From: Thermodesulfobacteriota bacterium
GTDB taxonomy: Bacteria; Desulfobacterota_D; UBA1144; Nemesobacterales; Nemesobacteraceae
DNA length: 64,000 bases
Assembly (NCBI GenBank): GCA_965202785.1
Contig: OZ241855.1
Location: forward strand, 32,001-96,000
Direction: 5' to 3'
The notes beneath the pieces are model-generated. The model was not told the DNA's origin, made no database searches, and saw only the letters and a list, made by a program, of their open reading frames with translations. Numbering within the stretch: the first letter of the stretch is position 1; each line of letters starts with the position of its first letter. Of this stretch, positions 49,580 to 64,000 are shown in pieces. Both the position numbers and the translations under genes were made by a program.

Positions 49580-50068
49580 ATGAAACGAATTTCTCTGATT
49601 TTACTCTTGTCATTCTGTACAATAGTTCCCAAAGCACAAGCGGAACCAATTGAAGAAACATTTGAGCGATTTGGGCTTTTCACTGGCTGTGCGTCAATTG
49701 GTCTATCCGTAAGAGAGTTGCCAGCGGATGCTAAGAAAATAAACTTGACAGAAAATGCTATTAAAAACTCTGTGGAATCAAGATTACGTTCCGGCCGGAT
49801 TTTCAATAATGAATTGCTTCCTTATAGCTTAGATGTGGGTGTGAACGTAGTTGGACACTCATTCAGTATAAATCTCGGATTCTACAAACCTGTCAGGGAC
49901 TTGAACTTTCCCGAATTATTAGGTGTTGCAGCTTCTTGGGAAAGAGGGTCGACCGGTACACACGGCGGAAGTGCAAACTTCATTTTATCAGGACTTTCAC
50001 AAAAGGTTGACGAGTTCTTAGTTGAGTATTTTAGAATTAATGAGAAAGCCTGTAATAAAACTCGGTAA
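49580..50068 (+). CDS. Exported hypothetical protein
   Basis: GGGGAG RBS, signal peptide ending in AQA, AT-rich, next to the tRNA 3' end. Confidence 0.7.
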   Translation: MKRISLILLLSFCTIVPKAQAEPIEETFERFGLFTGCASIGLSVRELPADAKKINLTENAIKNSVESRLRSGRIFNNELLPYSLDVGVNVVGHSFSINLGFYKPVRDLNFPELLGVAASWERGSTGTHGGSANFILSGLSQKVDEFLVEYFRINEKACNKTR

Positions 50069-50207
50069 ATAAACAGAAGTTATACACATCCTACAAAACT
50101 ATAGTTTAGGGATATGATCCCATCTCTAAAGTGGGGTATAAAGGGGTATTGAGTTGCCCTGTTCCTTAGAAACCCTTTTGTTTTCAGGCAGTTATGCCCT
50201 TATATGA

Positions 50208-50293
50208 TGGTGCCGAAGGCGGGAGTCGAACCCGCACGCCCGTAGGGCACTACCCCCTCAAGATAGCGCGTCTGCCTATTCCGCCACTTCGGC
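50208..50293 (-). tRNA. tRNA-Leu (anticodon GAG)
   Basis: GCCGAAG/CTTCGGC acceptor stem, anticodon arm CTATC-TTGAGGG-GGTAG, long variable arm, GGTTCGACT T-loop, encoded CCA. Confidence 0.97.
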
Positions 50294-50334
50294 ACAGAAT
50301 CGGATTGTAAAAACTATCACGCAAAGGACAAATT

Positions 50335-51558
50335 TCAAGCGCCAAATTTGCGAAGCCGTCCCGCGTGGGCAAGAAGAAGCGGCATTATCTCAGTCGCTTT
50401 TATGATCCCCAGATCACCGGATAGGCAGGACGATTCGGAGAAGTCCGCAACGCCCCCTCCCCTGCAGTATTTTGAACTGATCATAAGAGGCACCGGGTGC
50501 CAACTGTGCGACCTCATAGCCGATGGAGTTGAGTGGTCACCCGTAACGGCAAGAACGTCAACCCCGAGCCCCATGATTTGAGGGAGAAGCGAATCGAATT
50601 CCTCTATTACACCTGCTTTCGCCCCGAAATTTCCGTCCTCACCATAACTGTCCGTTTTCTTCACGTGGAGGTAGAAAAAGTCATAGTCATCGAAATTACG
50701 AGAAAGTGTCTCGATCTCATCACCTATGGAATCCCCGGAGACCTCAAGGACGTCCATACCGAGCAATTTCGATACTCCCCTGTACATCGGATAGGCGGCA
50801 ATGCACCCTGCCCGAAGCCCGTAAGCCTCATCAAAGGTCGGAAGGTTCGGCCTCACGGAAAAACCTCTAAGAAGCATGTAGTTAGCTGCGGGCTCATCCC
50901 TTATCACTTCGCAGGCCTTGTCAATCAGCTCTCCTGCGATCTCGGCCGTCTTCTGGGAACTGCTATTCTCCCCGCGGGGTACGACAGGAGCTTTGCCTTC
51001 TGCCTGCGGGTCCGTGTCGCAGACAAGTGCGTCTGATTCCGAGAGCTGCGCTAGAAATGACAGAACCACAACAAACCTGTGCTCAAGACCCGGATAGAAA
51101 TTTACCTTCACTCCGCATATCTCCTTGACGACCGATGATATCCTGGAAATCACTCTCTGGTTCTCCTCGGTGCTGAGCCTGCCGGCCCTCCTGTCGGTAA
51201 CGACCGGCTTGTCTCCTTCGTATCTCACGGTGGCGAAATTGCCCCTCACGGCTATGTCCGACGGGCCCAGATCAATGCCGAGGCCAAGTGCCTCAAGCAC
51301 CCCCCTCCCTATCTCGTTTCTGACGGGGTCATAACCAAAAAGCGCAAGGTGCGCGGCGCCGCTTCCCGGAGTTAGACCCCTCTCGACGGGCACATGCAGC
51401 CCCAGAGACCCGGCCGAAGAGAGCCGGTCAAGATTCGGGGTCCGTGCCGCCTCGAGTTCGGTCTTTCCGTCAACCGGAAGCCCCCCGAGTCCGTCAAGAA
51501 CGCAGAGAACTATCTTCGAGGAATTTTTCTCAACAAGTTTTGATACAAGATCCTGCAT
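50335..51558 (-). CDS. apgM: 2,3-BPG-independent phosphoglycerate mutase, ApgM type
   Basis: LDGLGG, TPNLD, PGSGAAHL.LFGYDP, GRGVLEALG, TGDHSTP, HSWHPVP. Confidence 0.93.
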   Translation of the reverse strand: MQDLVSKLVEKNSSKIVLCVLDGLGGLPVDGKTELEAARTPNLDRLSSAGSLGLHVPVERGLTPGSGAAHLALFGYDPVRNEIGRGVLEALGLGIDLGPSDIAVRGNFATVRYEGDKPVVTDRRAGRLSTEENQRVISRISSVVKEICGVKVNFYPGLEHRFVVVLSFLAQLSESDALVCDTDPQAEGKAPVVPRGENSSSQKTAEIAGELIDKACEVIRDEPAANYMLLRGFSVRPNLPTFDEAYGLRAGCIAAYPMYRGVSKLLGMDVLEVSGDSIGDEIETLSRNFDDYDFFYLHVKKTDSYGEDGNFGAKAGVIEEFDSLLPQIMGLGVDVLAVTGDHSTPSAMRSHSWHPVPLMISSKYCRGGGVADFSESSCLSGDLGIIKATEIMPLLLAHAGRLRKFGA

Positions 51559-51594
51559 TTTTCTTCCTTGCCCGACACCCGGGCGGGGATAACA

Positions 51595-52362
51595 TCAGGG
51601 GTCCCTCAGCTCTATTTCGGCTCCGTCATACGCCGGCTCTATATGATCCGGAAGTTCCGCGAGGAGCTTTTCGTACTCAAGCTCATGCCCCATATGGGTA
51701 AGAAGCGCCCTTTTGGGCCCCAGCTTTTCTATTTCCTCTACCGCCTGTTCTATGTTGAAGTGTGCCCTGTGGGGCTTGTATCTCAACGCGCCGAGTATCA
51801 GAAGGTCAAGCCCCGAGAGCTTTTCGTAGGATTCCTCGGGGATGGCGCTGCAGTCTGTAACGTAACCGAAAGACCCGATCCTGTAGCCGAGTATCTCCCA
51901 GTTGTGGTGATATATGTCGATGGGCTCTATCCTGATTCCCTCAAAGTTGATCTCCCCGTTTATCTCCTTGAAGTTAAGCCTGGGTTTTCCTCCCGCGGCG
52001 GGGAACGAATCGAATATGTAGGCGAAATTCCGCTTTATGTCGCCGAGGGTAACCGTGTTTGCATAACAGTCTATATCCATTCTGTTTATGAAGTTAAACG
52101 CCTTGAGGTCATCTATTCCGTGTGTGTGGTCCGCGTGGGAGTGGGTGTAGAGAACAAGATCGATCCTGGTTATGCCTTCCCTCAGAGCCTGGGCCCTCAG
52201 ATCGGTCGAGGTATCGATAAGTATTTTCTTCCCGGCCACCTCAACAACCACGGAACTCCTAGTACGTTTATTCTTAATATTATCCGATGTGCATACGTCA
52301 CATTGGCAGCCCACTACGGGAACGCCGGTTGAAGTGGCACATCCGAGCACTCTGACCTTCAT
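51595..52362 (-). CDS. MBL-fold hydrolase, PhnP/YycJ-like
   Basis: LGCATSTGVP, THSHADHTHG, YVTD, THMGH. Confidence 0.92.
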   Translation of the reverse strand: MKVRVLGCATSTGVPVVGCQCDVCTSDNIKNKRTRSSVVVEVAGKKILIDTSTDLRAQALREGITRIDLVLYTHSHADHTHGIDDLKAFNFINRMDIDCYANTVTLGDIKRNFAYIFDSFPAAGGKPRLNFKEINGEINFEGIRIEPIDIYHHNWEILGYRIGSFGYVTDCSAIPEESYEKLSGLDLLILGALRYKPHRAHFNIEQAVEEIEKLGPKRALLTHMGHELEYEKLLAELPDHIEPAYDGAEIELRDP

Positions 52363-52467
52363 AGAACACGCCAAACATGGTAGAATTGATGTTGTAACAA
52401 CATACATAACAAATCTTCCGAAAAGAAATTTACATCGGCGTGACAACCAATATACTTTCTGCGTAAA

Positions 52468-54201
52468 GTGAAAAGCCGCACAAAACTTTTTCCCTTTCTC
52501 ATAGCTTCTATCTGTCTGCTTACCCTTTCTTTCGCCACGGCGAATGAGAGAAACAGGGCCCTCTTCGAAGAGAATTTCAAGCTTTACCGCCAGCTCGAAT
52601 CAAATTCCGAAAAAGCCAAAAGAAGCGACACATGGGAACTCGTGGGAAGCACTTTCTACAAGCTGTACTCGCAGGATCCCGAGTGGAAAAACGCCCCGCT
52701 CTGTCTCTTCGCCGCCGCCAGGGTCTACGAGAAAAAATCCCTGAGGTTCAAAACGCCGCAGGACTCTGAAAAAGCGCTTAAGTACTCACGGGAGTTCCTG
52801 AAAAGATATCCGAAAGACAGCCTGGCCGACGACTCGTGGCTTAGGGTGGGAAAGATCCTTGAGCGCAGGGGGAAGAAAAAGGAAGCCGTCACGGCCTACC
52901 AGAGAATCGTCTACGGAATGCAGGAAGCAGACACCTACGAGATAGCCAAGAAGAAACTGGCGGCACTCACGGGAGCAAAGACTTCAAAGAAAGCAGAGCC
53001 CGCGGCGAAGAAAACTCCATCAAAACCACATCCCAAGGGATATGCCGTCATAAACAAAATAAGGCACTGGTCAACGGACGATTATACGCGGGTCGTGATA
53101 GAGACCGACAAACAGGTCAAGTACACATCAAGGATGCTGCGTCCCGACCCGGAACTCAAAACCCCTCCCCGTCTCTACGTCGACCTTGAAAAGACCGTCT
53201 TTTCGGACGCGGTAAACATCGAGCCTATCACGAAGGGACTTCTCGAGAAGATAAGTTTCGCGAGCAACCGCCCCGGAGTGTCGCGCGTCGTGCTCTACAT
53301 AAAGGATCTTGAAGGCCACAAGGTTTTCTCCCTGCCGGGATCAGAACAGAACCCTTCTTTCCGGCTGGTGATGGACATAAAGGGAGCGGGAGCGCGGCCT
53401 GAGAAGATATTCGCGGACGGCGCTCCTTCTTACGGCAAGCAGGGACCCTCTCTTGAATCCAGGGTTCCCGAAGGAGAAATAGCAAGCCTTAAGCAGGCCC
53501 TCGGACTCAAGGTAAGAACCATTGTGATCGACCCGGGCCACGGAGGACATGATCCGGGCGCCGTAGGTCCAAGCGGCCTCAGGGAAAAGGACGTAAACCT
53601 CAAGATAGCCAAGAGGCTTAGGGAGAGGCTTATAGAAGAGGGAAAGAGTTTCGGCATAGAGAACGTCTACCTTACGAGAAGCACTGACAGGTTCATTCCT
53701 CTTGAGGAGCGCACGGCCATAGCGAGAAAAAGAAAAGCAGACATTTTCATATCCATACACTGCAACGGGGCAAGAAGGAAAAAGGCGCACGGGATAGAGA
53801 CCTACATACTGGGCTTTACAGACGACCAGACCTCCCTGCAGCTCGCGGCCAGGGAGAACGCCACCACGACCAAGGGACTGAATGAGCTTGGAAGCACGCT
53901 CAAGCAATACATACTCAGCGCCAAGAAAGAAGAGTCCCAGCAGGTAGCCGGTTACGTGCAGAAATCAATAATCCAGAGCGTTTCCGTGAAATACAAGTAC
54001 GTAAACAACAAGGGGGTGAAAAAGGCGCCTTTTGTCGTGCTGATCGGCGCGGACGTGCCGAGCCTGCTGGTTGAAACCTCCTTCATAACAAATCCCAGAG
54101 AGGAAAAAAGACTGAAGAGCGAAGCCTACATAGAAAGAATAGTGAACGGAATAATTCTGGGAATAAAGAAGTACTCAATGCAGACCCAGAAAGTTTCCTG
54201 A
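52468..54201 (+). CDS. N-acetylmuramoyl-L-alanine amidase (TPR + AMIN + Amidase_3)
   Basis: Signal peptide, TPR region, YTRVVIE, IDPGHGGHDPGA, SIHCN, LVETSF. Confidence 0.93.
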   Translation: MKSRTKLFPFLIASICLLTLSFATANERNRALFEENFKLYRQLESNSEKAKRSDTWELVGSTFYKLYSQDPEWKNAPLCLFAAARVYEKKSLRFKTPQDSEKALKYSREFLKRYPKDSLADDSWLRVGKILERRGKKKEAVTAYQRIVYGMQEADTYEIAKKKLAALTGAKTSKKAEPAAKKTPSKPHPKGYAVINKIRHWSTDDYTRVVIETDKQVKYTSRMLRPDPELKTPPRLYVDLEKTVFSDAVNIEPITKGLLEKISFASNRPGVSRVVLYIKDLEGHKVFSLPGSEQNPSFRLVMDIKGAGARPEKIFADGAPSYGKQGPSLESRVPEGEIASLKQALGLKVRTIVIDPGHGGHDPGAVGPSGLREKDVNLKIAKRLRERLIEEGKSFGIENVYLTRSTDRFIPLEERTAIARKRKADIFISIHCNGARRKKAHGIETYILGFTDDQTSLQLAARENATTTKGLNELGSTLKQYILSAKKEESQQVAGYVQKSIIQSVSVKYKYVNNKGVKKAPFVVLIGADVPSLLVETSFITNPREEKRLKSEAYIERIVNGIILGIKKYSMQTQKVS

Positions 54202-54216
54202 GGCCCCCGCGTATTT

Positions 54217-58729
<4,513 letters not shown>

Positions 58730-58733
<4 letters not shown>

Positions 58734-60112
58734 CGCGGACTTTCCCCTACCCCGAAATTCTTCTTAACGTAGTTAATCTTGTACTGTATGTTGTCCTTAA
58801 TCCACTTGGCGTCCCACCACTCAAGCGGCCTCGCCGGAACTCCCTGAACGTAAACCCCGAAGTGCAGATGATCTCCAACGGCAAGCCCGGTAGTGCCCGT
58901 CCTTCCCACGATATCTTTTTTCCCCACGCTGTCTCCGACGCTCACATCCATCGAGCTCAGGTGGGAGTAAAGACTCATAACCCCCATCCCGTGGTCGACG
59001 ATAACCGTATTGCCGTATATGCCGAGGTGCTCAGCGAAAACCACCACTCCGCTGTTAGAGGCGGGAACGGGGTATTTTTTAGTAACCGAGAGGTCATAGC
59101 CGAGGTGATACTGATTGTCGACCACGCTGCCGTCCAGCAGGTATTTCCTGTGGTCCGCGAATGTCGCGCCCACCTTGGAATTGCGAAGCTGGTTGAACTT
59201 CCCTTTCCAGAGAATCTTCTCCCCGCTCTGTCTTCCGATCTCATATATCCTGTTGTCGTTCTCTTTTCTCGTCTCGCTGTTTATCTTGAGAAACGCTTTA
59301 AGTAAATCGGGGGTCCCGTCATCCCCGACCGGGGAATAGCCGTAAACTTTGGTGAAAAGCGGAAGTACCTTGCTCCTCAGGAACCACTCGGAGAGGCCTA
59401 TCTCATCCTTTACGTACGAGGCCCGCAGGAGCCGGTAATAAACAGATTCCCTCGCTTCGTTGCCGGCCGCGTCAGCCGCAAGAATTTCTATCTTCTCACC
59501 CCTGTCCGCGTTATACGGGTAGGCGAAAAAGGCAAGGTGTATCGAGGGGTCTTCGAAGTACCCGGGGTAGCCTTCAAAAAAGAGATCTTTTATCTGGACG
59601 CCGCTTGAGACCGTGTCCTCAGAAACCTTGTAAATGACAACTCCCGCGCCCCCGTGTCTTATGTACAGCGCGGGCGAGAGCTCCTGTACCTGGGGAGGTA
59701 TGAAATCCAGGGTGACTCTCTGGCTGAAAACAGCCTTTTTCCCGGGGAAAAGACCATTCATGAAACGGTCGGTCGCCTCTATTAAAAGTTCCGATGTGCC
59801 GCTTTTTATGCCGAGCTTCTCGGGATTGATGCTCACGCTTATCACGTCGCTTTTAGTTCCCTTCTCGTATTCTTTTTCGACAAGAACGGATTCCCCGTAA
59901 GCATCAAGCAGAGAGATGCGCACCTTGGAAAGCCCGGTGCCCTTGTCAGTCACCGTCACCTCAAAGGGCTTTAAGCCGAGACTCTTGATATCCCGCTCAA
60001 GGGATATGACCGGAGGGCTCATCTCGGCCATGGAGATAACTTTTATGAGAGCAATGATCAGAAACACAATCCCAAAAACAGCCGCAATCTGTTTTCCGGA
60101 TACTTTCAGCAT
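58730..60112 (-). CDS. M23 family metallopeptidase
   Basis: HLGYD, YSHL, HLHF motifs; N-terminal TM. Confidence 0.92.
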
Positions 60113-60425
60113 TTAAGACAACCTCCTTCGAATTACCGCAGCAGCTTCGCTTATCACATCATAAGAGCAGCCCGGATAGCGTAAGTGAACCAGGAAGAAA
60201 CCCTGTCTCCGCACCGCCTCGGGAATCTCAAACCTGCCTCTCGCACGATCCGGCTTTACGGGGAAAGCCCGCAGCAAACAGAACATTTCTTTGGAAAGGA
60301 CCTTCCGGGCACCTCAATCTGGTTCTGTTTTTATTTGGCGGCTTTTAAGTATAATAGGCTTGTTAGGAAAATCCAGATCCTTACGGCGTAACCGAAGATA
60401 ATTCCCTGCTTTTTCACTAAGGACA

Positions 60426-63400
60426 GTGCGTAGAAGAACGATTTTTTTTATATTCACCGCAGTAGTCTGCGTTCTTGTCTTGGGGCTTTTTCTGTTCTCC
60501 CAGACCGAGCAAAGCCGCCAGTACGCAAAAAACCTCATAGAACGAAGGCTTAACTCAATCCCCAATTTCCATATCAGCCTCGGAAATATCGAGGGAAGCA
60601 TAATCTCCACAATGGAGATAGAGGATATTGAAGTGAAAATAGCCGGAGAGAGCTACATGAAAATCAAAAGGCTCTCGACTAACTACTCGATTCCCCTTCT
60701 TTACTCAATAATCTCGAGAAAGAAGCTCTACTTGTCCGACACGGAGATACAAGGTCTCAGGGTTTTTCTTGCGAAGGACAGCCAGGGGGTATGGGACTTC
60801 AAGAAACTGAAGAACAAGGACAAAACCGCCAAAGACCCTCAAGGGGAGAGAATAAGCCTCATTTTCGCGAACAACAGAATCCGCGATTCCCGCATTACGA
60901 TTGTTGACCGCACCAGAGACAAGGTCTGGGAATTTGACCTGGCTGAAGAGTCTCTGTTCTCGATAAACATCATTGAACTGACGAAAAAAATCGAACTTGA
61001 CGCAAAGGACATAAATTTCGACTACGTGTCCCCCAGAATCAGGATAAGAAATCTCAAGGGAAAAATCGATATAGCCTCCTGGGACTGCGTATTCAAAAAC
61101 GCCGGATTCAAGGTTGAGGGCGTGCCGGTCAGGGGAAGCGGGATCGCCAGAGGCCTGAGAAACCCTGATTTCGACATGACCGTGTATTTCGACGCACTTG
61201 AAATAAACGGAAAGGGAAAGGTCAACCTCCAGGCAAAAACGAAGGTCAAGATGCACTCCCTTGACAACATGGTCGGCACGATGGAGCTCTCGACGCGCGA
61301 TTCATTTCTCAACGGAAAGCCGCTTCGGACGGACTTCAAGCCGGTCAGGATTAAAGGAACAAAGACTTTCATAGAAGGGACGGTAGGCGGAGGATTCGGG
61401 GAGTCAAGCCTGAAGGGCAGCATCGACTTTAAGAAATGGCTCGCGAGGGGAGAAAAGAACTGGTTCGATTTCACCGCGGAGCTAAACGGCGCGGACACGG
61501 ATGAACTGACCGAGATACTTAACCGCACGCCCTACCCGCTTAAGTTCGGAGACGGCTCAAGGCTGAGCTCGAATCTCAGGGCAAGCGGCAGCTGGGCGAG
61601 CAGGGAAGTCTATTCCCTGCGGGTCGAACCCGATTATCTCGACGTAATAGACAGCGAGCAAAGCAACCTTCGGATCGGAGGTTACATGACCTTCAGAAAC
61701 GACGGTACGGATTTCGATTTCACCTCAAAGGCAAAAGGGTTCAAGCTGAAACTCGAATTCCCGGAGATCAGAATTGACAACTATGTTGACGGAAGCGCGA
61801 CTTTTAAGGGAACGATACCGAAAAAAGGCAAATTCTTTGAAGACAAGTACTTGCGCGTAGACGCCGACCTGAAAACAGACGAATTATACGGAATAACGAA
61901 CATAAACTCCCGGATAGACGGCAGCATTCAAAAAGGAACCCTGACTGTAAACAGGCTTAACATCCTGTCCGATCAGTTTTCCTTGTCCGCGGAAAAAACC
62001 AAAGTAACGCAGAGGGGTATTGACTGCGTTTTTGAATTCAAAACGCAGGACCTGAGTTTTCTCTCCGAGATTGACGAAAGGATTCCCCTGGTTTTAGGAA
62101 AAATAGACTCAAGCGGAAAAATCAGCGGAGACATTTCCACTCCGCTCATCGAGGCAAACTCGCGCGTGGAGAGCTTCGCCTATAGAGAAGATTTCATAGT
62201 TCAGGACATGTCCGTCCGGTCAAGCACCCGGATTGATTTAAAAAACAGCCCCAAGGTATCGCTTGACATACATCTGCAGGGAGAGCGGGCCCGCGTTCTC
62301 GGCAATTACTCGGACACGATCGAAGCAAAGATTCGGGGAACGGAAGCTCGCTTTGACGCGGGAGTTCTTTTGAGCAAGGAAAACGGTTCCTACGCCTCTT
62401 CAGAATTCAGCCTCAGCGGCCTCATGGAACACGAGAGAAAATTAAGGATGACCTATCTTGAAGGTCTTCTGAACGAGAAGCTGTTTAAAAACAAAGGAGA
62501 TATCCTCCTTGATATATCTTCGGACAGAACAAGTATTCGGGGAGATGAACTTACCTACGGAGAGGGGAAAATCTCCGACTTTCTGGGAGAAATAGACAGG
62601 AAAGAAAAAACGATCGACCTGCGGGCCGACATAACAAATTTCAATCCGCTGATAATATCAAAGGTTCTGAATCTCAGACACGACCTGGGAGGAACTCTCG
62701 ACGGAAAAGTCCGGGCCAGCGGTTCTCTTACCGCTCCTTCAGTTCAGGCCGAAATAAGGTCGGAAGGCTTCTCTTACGGGTTCCCGGCATCGGGAGATAT
62801 GAAGATCAGACTCAGTGGGGAGAAAGGAAGATTTTCTCTGGACCTTCTGTCCTCAGCGGGACAAAGGAAAAGCCTGAGCTTACGGGGAGACCTGCTGGTT
62901 CCGCGAAATGCGCAGAGTCCCCTAGAAGCGATAATGGGAACTTCGATGGACCTTCAATTGAAGTCGGACGGATACGGCCTTGGTTTCATGAAAATTTTTT
63001 CAAATTCGATAGAGAAAATCGAGGGCAACTTTTCATCCGCCGGTCTTTCTGTGGGCGGCACCCTCTCAAAACCGCGTGCAAAAGGCGATCTTGAACTAAA
63101 CGACATGAGACTCTCCCTTACCCAGCTCAGAAACAGTCTGTTCACCGAGCACGCGAAGCTTTCGTTCAGCGGGACAAAGCTCTCTTTGCCAAGAACGGAA
63201 ATCCGTTCAAAAAAGGGAAAAGCCTACCTCAAAGGCAAAATGAACATCTCCGATTTCACCTACCGCGCCGATCTTGAAATGGAGAAAGTCCGTTTTAATC
63301 CTCATTCGATAAAAACGGATCTCTCCGGTGATCTCAAGATAGAGAAAAAAGACGAATTTTTGAAAGTAACGGGAAAGACCAAGGTCACCGCGGGAAGAAT

Positions 63401-64000
63401 TCGCCTGTATCCGGGCAGGATAAAAAGCATAAAAGACATCAGTTTCATAGAAAAAAGCGAGAGCCTCGCCGATGAGTTCTCACTTGAGGCGCAGAACGAA
63501 ACCGGCTTTTACAGAGAGAAAACCGCAATGGATATCTCGGTCGACATCTCCTCGGGCACGTGGATTAAAACCAAGGAAGCCAACTTCAACACAAGAGGGA
63601 AACTGAGGCTCAAGAAACAACCGGGCGGCGACCTTAACATGCAGGGGAACATAGTGTCATCCGAGGGGTATTACGCGGTCTTCGGAAAGCTTTTCGACAT
63701 AGAGGACGCCACGCTTAATTTTACGGGGGCATCGAACAACCCGGATATCAACGTCAAGGCCTATTACGACGCCGGCGATATTGACGTGCACGTAAACGTC
63801 ACGGGAGACCTTAGGGAACCGGACCTATCCCTCTCAAGCAACCCTGCTCTTGAACAAGTCGACATAATCTCCTACATAGTTTTCGGAGCTTCGAGCAACA
63901 GGCTTCAGAACCAGCAAAGGGCCTTCGTGGGGAAATTCGCGACCGCGGTCGCCGCGGGCGGAATCTCGGAGCTTTTAAGCTCAGAGATCGGTCTTGACCT
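60426..64000 (+). CDS. tamB: TamB/AsmA-like translocation and assembly module protein (runs off the window end)
   Basis: Not in the ORF track because it has no stop in the window. AAGGA RBS, then GTG 60426 (MRRRTIFFIFTAVVCVLVLGLFLFSQT...), beta-rich body, and DUF490-like 'VTGDLREPDLSLSSNPALEQVDIISYIVFG' near the end. The frame was not checked codon by codon throughout. Confidence 0.85.
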   Translation, partial: MRRRTIFFIFTAVVCVLVLGLFLFSQTEQSRQYAKNLIERRLNSIPNFHISLGNIEGSIISTMEIEDIEVKIAGESYMKIKRLSTNYSIPLLYSIISRKKLYLSDTEIQGLRVFLAKDSQGVWDFKKLKNKDKTAKDPQGERISLIFANNRIRDSRITIVDRTRDKVWEFDLAEESLFSINIIELTKKIELDAKDINFDYVSPRIRIRNLKGKIDIASWDCVFKNAGFKVEGVPVRGSGIARGLRNPDFDMTVYFDALEINGKGKVNLQAKTKVKMHSLDNMVGTMELSTRDSFLNGKPLRTDFKPVRIKGTKTFIEGTVGGGFGESSLKGSIDFKKWLARGEKNWFDFTAELNGADTDELTEILNRTPYPLKFGDGSRLSSNLRASGSWASREVYSLRVEPDYLDVIDSEQSNLRIGGYMTFRNDGTDFDFTSKAKGFKLKLEFPEIRIDNYVDGSATFKGTIPKKGKFFEDKYLRVDADLKTDELYGITNINSRIDGSIQKGTLTVNRLNILSDQFSLSAEKTKVTQRGIDCVFEFKTQDLSFLSEIDERIPLVLGKIDSSGKISGDISTPLIEANSRVESFAYREDFIVQDMSVRSSTRIDLKNSPKVSLDIHLQGERARVLGNYSDTIEAKIRGTEARFDAGVLLSKENGSYASSEFSLSGLMEHERKLRMTYLEGLLNEKLFKNKGDILLDISSDRTSIRGDELTYGEGKISDFLGEIDRKEKTIDLRADITNFNPLIISKVLNLRHDLGGTLDGKVRASGSLTAPSVQAEIRSEGFSYGFPASGDMKIRLSGEKGRFSLDLLSSAGQRKSLSLRGDLLVPRNAQSPLEAIMGTSMDLQLKSDGYGLGFMKIFSNSIEKIEGNFSSAGLSVGGTLSKPRAKGDLELNDMRLSLTQLRNSLFTEHAKLSFSGTKLSLPRTEIRSKKGKAYLKGKMNISDFTYRADLEMEKVRFNPHSIKTDLSGDLKIEKKDEFLKVTGKTKVTAGRIRLYPGRIKSIKDISFIEKSESLADEFSLEAQNETGFYREKTAMDISVDISSGTWIKTKEANFNTRGKLRLKKQPGGDLNMQGNIVSSEGYYAVFGKLFDIEDATLNFTGASNNPDINVKAYYDAGDIDVHVNVTGDLREPDLSLSSNPALEQVDIISYIVFGASSNRLQNQQRAFVGKFATAVAAGGISELLSSEIGLD

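Noticed and set aside
31168-50093. Weaker matches to the 21-bp motif (about 31168 inverted, 42740, 49381 inverted, 50075)
   Set aside because: Only about 55-70% identity in AT-rich DNA; cannot be separated from chance without a PWM scan.

Overview
Bacterial chromosomal window. The gene order and sequence style suggest a Desulfobacterota-like host, possibly Ca. Dadabacteria (inference only). A GC-richer backbone carries rpoH-dnaK, acnA-icd-mdh-sdh(type F)-sucC, yceD-rpmF-fabD-fabG-acpP-fabF, a split oppABCDF-type peptide ABC operon, nfeD-slipin, tRNA-Leu(GAG), apgM, phnP-like, amidase, polX, ligA, rlmB, an M23 peptidase and a 3'-truncated tamB. AT-richer accessory blocks interrupt it. (1) 3.4-12.6 kb: small genes punctuated by a recurrent ~21-bp motif (GGGAATTATACACATAACTAA-like), a PD-(D/E)XK nuclease, an EVE-nuclease, a coupled sce7726-sce7725-RES operon, and a 550-bp inverted-repeat-bounded cassette with a near-perfect 8-bp target duplication carrying a GIY-YIG gene. 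(2) 26.3-30.1 kb: GmrSD plus a coupled membrane protein/MBL-hydrolase pair. (3) 31.1-32.1 kb: orphan higA and tiny ORFs between oppD and oppF. (4) 35.1-38.4 kb: a PLP decarboxylase that appears to lack the catalytic Tyr, divergent from an aldehyde dehydrogenase. (5) 38.4-44.7 kb: an integrase-less Gabija island flanked by a synonymously diverged duplication of the oppA 3' end. All calls come from reading motifs by eye; no searches were run.
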